A DNA stretch of 25,667 nucleotides, taken from NCBI GenBank assembly GCA_038245905.1, contig JBBRRY010000041.1, positions 1 to 25,667 of the forward strand, read 5' to 3'. Under the pieces are notes generated by a model, which saw only the letters and a list, made by a program, of their open reading frames with translations, did not search any database and was not told the origin of the DNA. This document shows positions 1 to 7,843 of the stretch, in pieces (within the stretch, counting starts at the first letter, position 1; each line of letters opens with the position of its first letter). The position numbers and the translations under genes were made by a program. The stretch comes from Thermoanaerobaculia bacterium (GTDB lineage: Bacteria > Acidobacteriota > Thermoanaerobaculia > UBA5066).

Positions 1-62
1 CGAAGGCGTGGGCGAGGCTCCACCATCCGAAGTGGTACGAGGAAGTCACGGGGCAGAAATAG
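1..62 (+). CDS. C-terminal fragment of formate dehydrogenase gamma (cytochrome b) subunit, FdnI/FdoI-like
   Basis: Not in the ORF track. Reading from base 3 gives KAWARLHHPKWYEEVTGQK-stop (TAG 60-62), matching the WAxxHHPxWY C-terminal signature of FdnI/FdoI. It lies directly upstream of fdhE. Confidence 0.8.
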   Translation, partial: KAWARLHHPKWYEEVTGQK

Positions 63-73
63 GCTCGTCCGGC

Positions 74-865
74 TTGGCCTCCGTTTCCGAAGGCTTCGAG
101 AAGAGGGCTTCCCGCGCGGAGGCCCTTTCCGTTTCCGCGCCTGCGGTCGCCGAGCCGCTGGTCTTCGCGGGGAAGCTCTTCCGCCTGCAGGGCCGCCTCG
201 CGGCGGCGGTCGTATCCCGCCACGCCGAGACGCCTTTCTCGGGGACTGCGGCCGACCTTTCGCGTCTCGTCGATCTCCTTCCTCCGCTCCTCGCGTTCGC
301 CACCGCCGACGGGCCTTCGGAGATCGCGGAGGCCGCCGAATCGCGCGCGAAGGACGATCCGGCCACGGCTGCGAGCCGCCTCCGCGTCTACTGGGAGGGC
401 GAGCGCGAGGCGCAGGACGACTATCTGTCGCGGGCGTTCCTGCGGCCGTTCGCAGAGGTTCTCGCGCGCGCGGGCATCGTCATGGAACGGCCCCGGCACG
501 CGGGTCACTGCCCCGCCTGCGGATCGGCTCCGATCGTCTCGTACCGCAAGGAGCTCCCTGAAACGAACGGCGGTGCACGCTTCCTCGGCTGCGGGCTCTG
601 CGGCACTGACTGGCCCTTCAACCGGATCCGCTGCCCCTCCTGCCAGGAGGAAGACCCCGCGAAGCTGCCGGCCTTCCAGAGTGACGTGCACAAGAACGTA
701 CGCATCGAGGCTTGTGAGACGTGCCGCCTCTACGTCAAGTCGCTCGATCTCACGCTCGACGCCCGGCCGCTGCCGGAAGTGGATGATCTCGTCTCGCTCG
801 CGATGGACCTGTGGGCGATCGAGGAGGGCTGGGCGCGCCTCGAGCCCGGCTGGGCCGGCGTCTAG
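74..865 (+). CDS. fdhE: Formate dehydrogenase accessory protein FdhE
   Basis: CPACG, CGLCG, CPSC and CETC Cys pairs, YVKSLD, and DDLVSLAMDLWA-type C-terminus. Start moved from GTG 8 to TTG 74 to avoid overlap with the gamma-subunit gene, so the start is uncertain. Confidence 0.9.
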   Translation: MASVSEGFEKRASRAEALSVSAPAVAEPLVFAGKLFRLQGRLAAAVVSRHAETPFSGTAADLSRLVDLLPPLLAFATADGPSEIAEAAESRAKDDPATAASRLRVYWEGEREAQDDYLSRAFLRPFAEVLARAGIVMERPRHAGHCPACGSAPIVSYRKELPETNGGARFLGCGLCGTDWPFNRIRCPSCQEEDPAKLPAFQSDVHKNVRIEACETCRLYVKSLDLTLDARPLPEVDDLVSLAMDLWAIEEGWARLEPGWAGV

Positions 866-1518
866 CCGTCGCGCTCCCGGAAGTCGTCCCATTCCCCCTC
901 GCTCCACCATTCGCGCTCGAGGCCCTCGCACGTGGTGCCGTAGGACGTGCAGATGACACAGCCTTCCCCGCGGATTGCCCCGGCGTCCTCGCTCGGCGGA
1001 TACGCTCCCGCGAGGCGGCCCGCCTCGTCCAGCGCCGCGCGCTCCTCGGCGTCGGGCCCGCGCGCGTCCAACTCCGCGACGCCGGCCCCCAGGAGCCGCG
1101 CCTCGCTCTCGGGCAGGAGCACCGAGTTCTCGGCGTCCATGTGCGCGAGAAGGCTCCGCACGTAAATCGTCGCGAGCTCCTCGAGCCGCACGCGGTCATC
1201 CGCCCCGAGGGCCGGCGAAGAAAGGAGCGGCGCGACCCCGGCGAGCGTCCGGGCCATCGCCATGTGCTGGTCGAAGAGCGAGCGCACGGGACCCGAGTCC
1301 GGCCGGATCGGCAGGTGCGCGAGAAGGGCCGGGAAGAGAGTGTCCTCCTCGCGGGCGTGATGGTACCGGCCCGCGTAGATCGTGAAGAAGCGCGTGAAGG
1401 CGGCGCCGTCCGCACAGTCGCCTCCGCCCGAGAGGCGCGCCGCCACGTACGTCCGGAGCGCGCCGAGCGTGCACTCGATGACGACGTGCTCGGCGCGGAG
1501 CTCCTCGATCAGCCGCAC
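862..1518 (-). CDS. Hemerythrin (HHE) domain protein with C-terminal Cys-rich extension
   Basis: LRAEH, HHAREEDTLFP, DQH and HMDAENSVLLP hemerythrin ligand pattern; tail GEGCVICTSYGTTCEG. Confidence 0.85.
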   Translation of the reverse strand: MRLIEELRAEHVVIECTLGALRTYVAARLSGGGDCADGAAFTRFFTIYAGRYHHAREEDTLFPALLAHLPIRPDSGPVRSLFDQHMAMARTLAGVAPLLSSPALGADDRVRLEELATIYVRSLLAHMDAENSVLLPESEARLLGAGVAELDARGPDAEERAALDEAGRLAGAYPPSEDAGAIRGEGCVICTSYGTTCEGLEREWWSEGEWDDFRERDG

Positions 1519-1530
1519 CAGGCCGGCCGA

Positions 1531-2319
1531 TCAGCGGCGAGGGCGCTTGTGAGGCTGATCCTCGAACGCCTTCAGCATAGGGTTGTCGATCTTCGTGAAG
1601 CCGGCCGGGATCTCCCACGTGGAGGCCGGAATCGAGCCCTTGCGGACTTCGACCACTTCGCTCTCACTCGTGGTCTTAGTCCCCATCACGTCCATCTTCA
1701 TCGACGTGGCGACGGGATAGCCCTTCATCGCCTTCATCTTCTCGGCGAGCTCCGCGCCGCTCTTGGCCATGGCTCCGAAGCCGCTCATCATCTTCTTCAT
1801 GCTCTCGGAGTATTCCTTGTATGCCTCGAACGAGCGCGTGGGGTACTGCAAGTCCCCGGTGATGCATTCTTTCATCGTCGTGTACTGATTCATCGTGATC
1901 GCCCACTCCTCACAGCGGAACCCCGCGACCTTCCGGGACTCTCCCGTCTTCTTCACCTCGATCGTGCCTGCCATCCCCTCGCTCATCTTCGCCATCATCT
2001 CCATGCCCTTTTTCATCTCCGGGTCGTTCATCTTCTCCTGCATCTTGGCCGCGAACTGTTCCATGTCCTGCTTCGTCGTCGTGTAGTACGTCTTCTTCGT
2101 GTCGTCGAGAGTGGTCATCACGCCAGTCTTCAGGTCGATGATCATCTCGTGACCACCGTCCTGCGCCATCCGCACGTGATCGCTCGTCATGTAGCTCGTC
2201 GAGTTGCCGCCTGGCTTTCCGTTGAGGGTGTGCTTCGACACGATCGTGAGGTCATCGGAAGCAGTGGCAGTGCCAGCGGCGAAAAGGAGAGCCGTGAGCG
2301 TGAGGGTCGAAAATCGCAT
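1531..2319 (-). CDS. Secreted DUF4412-like protein
   Basis: AGGAGG RBS before ATG 2319; signal peptide MRFSTLTLTALLFAAGTATA; KTGESRKVAGFRCEEW and IPASTWEIPAGF motifs typical of DUF4412-like proteins; Met/Lys-rich. Confidence 0.75.
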   Translation of the reverse strand: MRFSTLTLTALLFAAGTATASDDLTIVSKHTLNGKPGGNSTSYMTSDHVRMAQDGGHEMIIDLKTGVMTTLDDTKKTYYTTTKQDMEQFAAKMQEKMNDPEMKKGMEMMAKMSEGMAGTIEVKKTGESRKVAGFRCEEWAITMNQYTTMKECITGDLQYPTRSFEAYKEYSESMKKMMSGFGAMAKSGAELAEKMKAMKGYPVATSMKMDVMGTKTTSESEVVEVRKGSIPASTWEIPAGFTKIDNPMLKAFEDQPHKRPRR

Positions 2320-2363
2320 GAATCCTCCTGGTGACGAGATCGTTGGCATGATGGTTCCTTCGT

Positions 2364-3497
2364 TCATTGTCGTGTCAGCTCGACGCGCCGGTTCCGCGCA
2401 CGTCCGGCGAGGGTGGCGTTCGTCTCCCGCGGCACGGAGGCCCCGTATCCTGCCGTGTTGAGCCGGGTCGCCGAGACGCCGCGCTCGACGAGAGCCGTCT
2501 TCACCGCTGCCGCTCGGCGCGACGAGAGATCCTGGTTCTTCGCATCGCCGCCGACGTTGTCGGTGTGGCCCTCGACCACGAGGACCCAGTCAGGATCTTT
2601 CTTCATGACGTCGACAATTGCGCGCAGCACCGCTTCGGACTTCGGCTTGATCGTGGCGCTCGCGAAATCGAAGTAGATCCCGTACAGAACCGCGCGCTTG
2701 TTTTCGGTGAGCGCGCTCTCGAGGGCCGTCGCCTCGTTCTCGACGGGAAACTCGATCCGGACGATTTCGAGCTTGTCCTTGCCGAACGCGAACCGCAGCG
2801 ACAGCGCGTTCGCGGGGTCGTCGAGAATGAACCACTCGACGTCCACCGCCTGGTCCCCGTCGCCGAAGCGCCCCTTGACGTGCCAGGCCAGCAGGGACGC
2901 GAGGGCGTTGTTCACGATTACCCGGAACGGCACCGGTTTCGGTTCCGCGAGACTCAGATTGCCGGACGCCGTCAGATACCCCTTCGCCGCACCCTTGGTG
3001 TCGGCGCTGGGCATCATCGAGAGGAGTCCGGACATCATGCCCGCGATTCCGCCCGCTTCCCCGTCGAGCTTGACCGTGGCTTTACCTTTCGCGCGAAGTT
3101 CCGAAATGACGGCGGTCGATGTCCCCATCGCCGTCGTCCCGGTGTATTCCTCTTCGCCCCCGGTGGTGAACAGGTACTTGTACGTGCGGCCGTCTTTCAG
3201 GTCCGAGGTCCGCACATGCCGCGTCACGCTGACGGTCTCGGTGCGCCCGCCAGAGGGGCCGGGCACCTCCGCGGAGGTCGTGAGACGAAGGCTTCCGTCC
3301 GCTTCGACCGAGTCCACGGTGATCGAGGATTCGTAGTCGCCCTGCCTTTCGCTGGCGGCGCCGATCACCGTCAGGCCCTTCACCAGCGGAATCCTCAGCG
3401 GGGTGGCCGGGGCGGTCGCGGCCGGCGCGCCGCGCGCAGCGAGGCTCGCGGCGAGGGCGGCGACGCAGGGGACGAGGAGGGAACGACTCATGTTCAT
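2364..3497 (-). CDS. Exported OmpA-family (peptidoglycan-binding C-terminal domain) protein
   Basis: C-terminal IYFDFASA..VEGHTDNVG..NQDLSSRRAAAVK..GRARNRRVEL. Likely start ATG 3497 overlaps the upstream TGA (ATGA) and is followed by a signal peptide. Confidence 0.9.
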   Translation of the reverse strand: MNMSRSLLVPCVAALAASLAARGAPAATAPATPLRIPLVKGLTVIGAASERQGDYESSITVDSVEADGSLRLTTSAEVPGPSGGRTETVSVTRHVRTSDLKDGRTYKYLFTTGGEEEYTGTTAMGTSTAVISELRAKGKATVKLDGEAGGIAGMMSGLLSMMPSADTKGAAKGYLTASGNLSLAEPKPVPFRVIVNNALASLLAWHVKGRFGDGDQAVDVEWFILDDPANALSLRFAFGKDKLEIVRIEFPVENEATALESALTENKRAVLYGIYFDFASATIKPKSEAVLRAIVDVMKKDPDWVLVVEGHTDNVGGDAKNQDLSSRRAAAVKTALVERGVSATRLNTAGYGASVPRETNATLAGRARNRRVELTRQ

Positions 3498-5209
3498 TTG
3501 CATCCCGGATTGCAGGCGCGGATGTTGAGCGTGTAGTCGACGACGTTGCCTTGTGCGGGGCGCTTGCGCGTGAAGGCCTTCTGGAGCGTCATGGTCTTGG
3601 TCGTCACGACCACCGGGATCTCGATGGGCCCGTCGTTCATCGCGCGAAAAAGGAGAAGATGCGCCTTCGTGAAGGGCAGATCGTATTTCACGATGATAGG
3701 AGCCAGGATCATCGGCCCGATGAGGACGTACGTGACGTGGGCCTCCATGGAATCGCTGAAATCCGATCGAGCGTCCCCGAGTCGCAGGGTCAGTTTGCTC
3801 CCGACGATATCGCCATCGACGGCCACGTTGAAAGCCGTTGGTGAGGCCGCGCCGATCGTATTGCCTTCGGTGTCGTAGTAGGGAAATCCCGGCGGGACCA
3901 CGAGCTTCCGTAGAAGAGTCGAGGTCTTGGCGGTCACGGGATACAGGACCGCGAGAGCGTCTTCCCAGACGCCGAGCTTCGTCGCCGAGCCGATGAACTC
4001 GCCGTTGACGTGCACGGCGGCGCCGGGTGCCGCGCCCTTGGCGTAGCGAAGGACGAGCTTTCCCTGGAGCGTCATGTCGTACGTCCACCACGTCGACGTG
4101 TCCTGCGTGAATGCCGCGTGCATCGTGGCCGTCATCGGCCCCTCGATTTTTTCGCAATATTTCGCGAAATTCTGCTCCTGCACGAAGCCCGAGACATCCA
4201 CCACGAGGCCAGCGATCGCCGTAGCCCAGCCGACGGGGCCGAGCATGAAGTTCGTCGTGAGCTTGACCGACTCCTTGACAGCGAACGCGACCGCCGGGTT
4301 GCCCTGAAGGGATTTCGGCACGAGGGTGGCGGCGAGCTGATCCGCGCCGGCGTCGAGTCCGAGCGCAAAGCCGACCTCCTTGAGTCCGTCCTGCACGAAG
4401 TTCAGCGCGGCAGAGAGGACCTTCAGGCTCTCGATGACCTGGTCCAGCTTTTCGCACGTCGCACTGGCCGCGCGGCTTTTCGCCAGCTCCTGGTCGATCA
4501 CCGCCTGCTCGGCCTTGTTCTTTCCGACGACTTCCGCGAGCCGCTGGAGCCTGGGCTGGAAGAGGGGAGCGGTCGCGGGGTATTTCTTCGGGACGTCCTG
4601 GAACTTGTCGACAGCGGCCTTCATCTTCTTCGACTGATCGGGCCACTCCTTCATCTTCGTCGCGACCGCGTTCAGCTTTTCCTCGGCCTGGAGTCGGGCG
4701 GGGTTCGCGGGAATCCCCGCGATCTGGGATCTCAGACTCGCGAGGAGCTTCTCGAGGCCTTCGGCGTAGAGCTTGTCGAAGCTCGCGTCGAGCTTGTCCC
4801 TCAGGTCCGGAGGATCCAGGAGCGTGAACGTCGAGCTTCCCGTCCCCTTCCCGTCGGGCGCGGTTACCTTCACGATGTAAACGCCGGGCTGATCCATCCG
4901 CACCATGGCGGTGTAGTCCCCTTGCGGATCGACCTTGGCCGTCGCCAGGACCGTGCGGGCCTTGTCGTTGTGGTCCGCACGGGAGTCGACGAGAAACGAG
5001 ATCTTGACGGTCGGGTTGTCGCCGAGGGCGACCGTCTTGCCCGACACCTTCACCATCGCGCTCGCGAGTCCGACTTGCGGCTGGACGACGACGGTGATGT
5101 TCAGCTTTTCGCCCGAATCGTCTTCCGCGAACGCGGGCCGAACGAGCGCCGCCGCGAGTAGCGCGAGGGCGGTCCCGATCGGGACAAGAGAGAATCTCCG
5201 GCGGCTCAC
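3494..5209 (-). CDS. Secreted hypothetical protein (Ig-like N-terminus, coiled coil, hydrophobic hairpin, beta-rich C-terminus)
   Basis: GTG 5209 overlaps the upstream stop (GTGA); signal peptide ending PAFA-EDD; protein-like composition over about 571 aa. Domain calls are from sequence pattern only. Confidence 0.8.
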   Translation of the reverse strand: MSRRRFSLVPIGTALALLAAALVRPAFAEDDSGEKLNITVVVQPQVGLASAMVKVSGKTVALGDNPTVKISFLVDSRADHNDKARTVLATAKVDPQGDYTAMVRMDQPGVYIVKVTAPDGKGTGSSTFTLLDPPDLRDKLDASFDKLYAEGLEKLLASLRSQIAGIPANPARLQAEEKLNAVATKMKEWPDQSKKMKAAVDKFQDVPKKYPATAPLFQPRLQRLAEVVGKNKAEQAVIDQELAKSRAASATCEKLDQVIESLKVLSAALNFVQDGLKEVGFALGLDAGADQLAATLVPKSLQGNPAVAFAVKESVKLTTNFMLGPVGWATAIAGLVVDVSGFVQEQNFAKYCEKIEGPMTATMHAAFTQDTSTWWTYDMTLQGKLVLRYAKGAAPGAAVHVNGEFIGSATKLGVWEDALAVLYPVTAKTSTLLRKLVVPPGFPYYDTEGNTIGAASPTAFNVAVDGDIVGSKLTLRLGDARSDFSDSMEAHVTYVLIGPMILAPIIVKYDLPFTKAHLLLFRAMNDGPIEIPVVVTTKTMTLQKAFTRKRPAQGNVVDYTLNIRACNPGCK

Positions 5210-5928
5210 AGCTTTTCCAGGACTTTCGCGGCGAGGGCCTGGGCCATGGCGCGCGCGTCGGTCTCGTAAGGAGTGCCGGTCTTCTGCGCCGAGGCCTTGA
5301 CGACGGCGAGCGCCCCCTGCGTCGCGTCCCCGCCGTTCAGGCCGGCGGCCGCGGGAGAGCCCTTCTGATTCTGCTTGAGCTCCTCCATCGCCTTGACCCA
5401 CTCGTCCGACCCCATCTTTAGACTCTGCACCTTGTTCATGATCTTGAATCCGGCCACCTGCTGCAGGTTCGGCGGCTGGACGAGGATGAAAGAGTCCCCT
5501 TTGCGAAGGTAGAGCGTGTTCATCGCGCCGAAGAGCGCCTCGTCTCCGAGACCGGGCACCGGCTCCGGCGCGCCTCCCAGGAATCCGGTCGCGGTGCGTG
5601 CTCCCTGCATCGCCTGTACCGCGTCGGCCACGCTTCGCCTCTGCTCGACTTCGAGATGCGCCTCGAGCCCCATCACGGCGGTCTTGTACGTCATGCTGTT
5701 TCGGCCGGAGGGCTCCATCGCCGTCACGGGCTCGCCGATGATCGCCGAGACTTCCTCTTTCGTGAGGAACGCGTCCCCACCAGCCTTTCGGGCGGAGCGG
5801 CCCGCCGGGGGTGCGGCGGATGCGCCCTCGGCGAGAGATCCTGGCGGCTTGCCTTTCCCGCAGCCCGCGAGCGACAGAGCGGCAAGCCCCGTTAGGACGA
5901 TCACGCGAAGAGACACGGCGCGCCTCAC
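5206..5928 (-). CDS. Hypothetical lipoprotein, paralog A
   Basis: Lipobox LAGC; GTGA coupling with the upstream gene; near full-length similarity to 5925..6641. Confidence 0.85.
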   Translation of the reverse strand: MRRAVSLRVIVLTGLAALSLAGCGKGKPPGSLAEGASAAPPAGRSARKAGGDAFLTKEEVSAIIGEPVTAMEPSGRNSMTYKTAVMGLEAHLEVEQRRSVADAVQAMQGARTATGFLGGAPEPVPGLGDEALFGAMNTLYLRKGDSFILVQPPNLQQVAGFKIMNKVQSLKMGSDEWVKAMEELKQNQKGSPAAAGLNGGDATQGALAVVKASAQKTGTPYETDARAMAQALAAKVLEKL

Positions 5929-6641
5929 AGTTTCTCCAGGACCTTGGTGGCGAGGGCCTGCGCCATTGCGCGCGTATCCGTCTCGTACTGCGTGCCCTGT
6001 TTCTGGCTCGACGCCTTGATCGTGGCGAGGGCTCCCTGCATGGCTTCCCCGCTATTCAGACCGGCGGCCATGGGATCGTTCTTCTCGATCCCCTTGAGCT
6101 CCTCCAGCGCCTTGATCTGCTCGTCCGATCCGAGCTTCGCCGTGCGCATCCTTTCGGCCACCTTGAGTCCGGCGACCTGCTGCAGGTTCGGTGGCGTGAT
6201 CGTGACGACAGCGTCCCCCTTGCGGACGTAGAGGAAGGACATCGCGCCGAAGAACGCCTCGTCTCCGAGGCCGGGTACGGCCTCCGGCTTGCCGCCGAGC
6301 AACCCCGTCGCCTTGCGCGCTCCCTCCATCGTCTCGACGGCGTCGGCGACGTCGCTCCCCTGCTCCACCTCGATGCCCGCCTCGAGCTGCATCACGTCGG
6401 TCTTGTACGTGAGGCTCGTTCCCGTGCCTTCCACTGACGTGACGGGTTGCCCGAGTACGGCGGCAACTTCCTCTTTCGTGAGCATCGGGTCGGCCGCGCC
6501 CTTCGCGGCGGATCGACCGGCGCGCGGCGTCGAGCCGCCCGCGGAGACCTTTGCCGCTTCTCCCGGGGCCTTGTTGCACGCGGCGAGAAAGAGGCTCGGG
6601 CAGAGCGTGAGCGCGAGAAGGACACCCTTGGTTTTCGACAC
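5925..6641 (-). CDS. Hypothetical lipoprotein, paralog B
   Basis: GGAAGG RBS before GTG 6641; lipobox LAAC; shares LTKEEV, VPGLGDEAxFG, PPNLQQVAG and MAQALAxKVLEKL with paralog A. Confidence 0.85.
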   Translation of the reverse strand: MSKTKGVLLALTLCPSLFLAACNKAPGEAAKVSAGGSTPRAGRSAAKGAADPMLTKEEVAAVLGQPVTSVEGTGTSLTYKTDVMQLEAGIEVEQGSDVADAVETMEGARKATGLLGGKPEAVPGLGDEAFFGAMSFLYVRKGDAVVTITPPNLQQVAGLKVAERMRTAKLGSDEQIKALEELKGIEKNDPMAAGLNSGEAMQGALATIKASSQKQGTQYETDTRAMAQALATKVLEKL

Positions 6642-6772
6642 TGAGTTTTCCTTCCGTTGAAGGCGATCCAGCCCGGAGGCGACCGCCCTATGAGGGTCCC
6701 AAGAGACGGTGCGCCCGAAGAGAATGAGAGTCAAGCGCGTTAACCCACCGCTCGCGACGCTCGTGGCTCACC

Positions 6773-7060
6773 TCAGCCGAGTTGCGGAAGTTCCGGCTCG
6801 GCCGGCGCATCGGAGTGCGCCATCGCCTCCCACGCGGCTTCCATCTCTTCCCGGCTCCAGCCGAGAAAGTGGCCGTCGCCCCGGAAGTGAACGGCTCCGT
6901 CCGCGGCCTCGAGACGGACGATCGTACCCGCGCCCTCGTCGGCGCGGACGGCGATGCTCCACGCCGCGGCCGTGAACGAGGCCCCGCGCTCCCTCACGGG
7001 CACGCGCTCGATGAGAACGACCGGGCTCGTGAGAGTCGGCGCGGCGCTCATCGCGCTCAT
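6773..7060 (-). CDS. Small hypothetical protein (95 aa)
   Basis: ATGA overlap with the pcm stop; globular-looking sequence (FRGDGHFLGWS); fills the gap exactly. Confidence 0.7.
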   Translation of the reverse strand: MSAMSAAPTLTSPVVLIERVPVRERGASFTAAAWSIAVRADEGAGTIVRLEAADGAVHFRGDGHFLGWSREEMEAAWEAMAHSDAPAEPELPQLG

Positions 7061-7812
7061 CGCGAAGCCGCCGGGTCGCGCGGCGAAGGAGGGCCGCCCT
7101 CTGCTTCACCGACGAACGGGACGAAACGCACCGGCAGGACGCTCTGCTCGGTGTAGCCGCCGCCCTGCCGTTCGATCACCTTCAGCTCCTGATAGAACGC
7201 GCCGACGGGAATGACCATTCGCCCCGACGCGGAGAGCTGCTCGAGCAGCGGCGGCGGGACCTTCTCCGGCGCCGCGGTGACGAGAATCGCGTCGAACGGC
7301 GCCTGCTCCGGCCAGCCACGGTAGCCATCCGCCGCGCGCAGCTCGACGTTCTTCACGCCGAGCTTCTGGAGGCGCTCTTTCGCCTCGCGCGCGAGCTCCG
7401 GGCGGATCTCGATCGAGTACACCCGGGCGGCGAGCGACGCGAGGATCGCCGTCGAATAGCCGGAGCCCGTTCCGATCTCGAGAACCCTCTCCGTGCCTTT
7501 CAGGCGCAGCTGCTCCGCCATGAACGCGACGATGTAGGGCTGGGAGATCGTCTGGCCGCTCCCGATCGGCAGCGGCCGGTCGTCGTAAGCGGAGGGCACC
7601 TCGGCCGGCGAGACGAAGAGGTGCCGCGGCACGGCGCGCATGGCCTCGAGTACCCGCGGGTCTCTGATGCCTCGGGCCGCGATCTGGTTCTCGACCATGC
7701 CGCTCCGCTTTTTCTGCATCGGATCCGCCGGCTCCCGGCACGCCGCGGCGGCGAAAAGGATCGCCGCCGCGATCGCGGCGGCGGCTTCCCGTGAGCGCGG
7801 GCGGGCCTCCAC
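7057..7812 (-). CDS. pcm: Protein-L-isoaspartate(D-aspartate) O-methyltransferase with N-terminal signal/lipoprotein-like peptide
   Basis: VPRHLF, GQTISQPYIVA, VLEIGTGSGY, PFDAILVTAA and VRFVP motifs. Start is GTG 7812 (leaderless context) or ATG 7821. Confidence 0.95.
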   Translation of the reverse strand: MEARPRSREAAAAIAAAILFAAAACREPADPMQKKRSGMVENQIAARGIRDPRVLEAMRAVPRHLFVSPAEVPSAYDDRPLPIGSGQTISQPYIVAFMAEQLRLKGTERVLEIGTGSGYSTAILASLAARVYSIEIRPELAREAKERLQKLGVKNVELRAADGYRGWPEQAPFDAILVTAAPEKVPPPLLEQLSASGRMVIPVGAFYQELKVIERQGGGYTEQSVLPVRFVPFVGEAEGGPPSPRDPAASR

Positions 7813-7819
7813 GGACGCC

Positions 7820-7825
7820 ATTCTA
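7820..7825 (-). promoter_or_regulatory. Candidate -10 element TAGAAT for a leaderless pcm transcript
   Basis: TAGAAT lies 7 nt before the in-frame GTG 7812; no SD sequence. Confidence 0.45.
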
Positions 7826-7843
7826 TGCGGAGGCGCTCTGAGG

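Noticed and set aside
8-73. FdhE start at GTG 8
   Set aside because: These bases encode the conserved C-terminus of the formate dehydrogenase gamma subunit in another frame.
811-2334. 507-aa plus-strand ORF, and similar long antisense or off-frame ORFs (4010..5161, 9454..10875, 12821..14470, 18924..20873, 20641..22650)
   Set aside because: They overlap well-supported genes, have no motifs and are expected from stop-codon scarcity in high-GC DNA.
3498-4646. N-terminal extension of about 380 aa on the OmpA ORF, suggesting a fusion or frameshift
   Set aside because: Arg/Gly-rich off-frame read of the upstream gene; a coupled ATG and signal peptide at 3497 explain the real start.
6706-6734. Sigma-70 promoter TTGACT-N17-CACCGT upstream of the lipoprotein operon
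   Set aside because: The -35 is good but the -10 is too poor to call from sequence alone.
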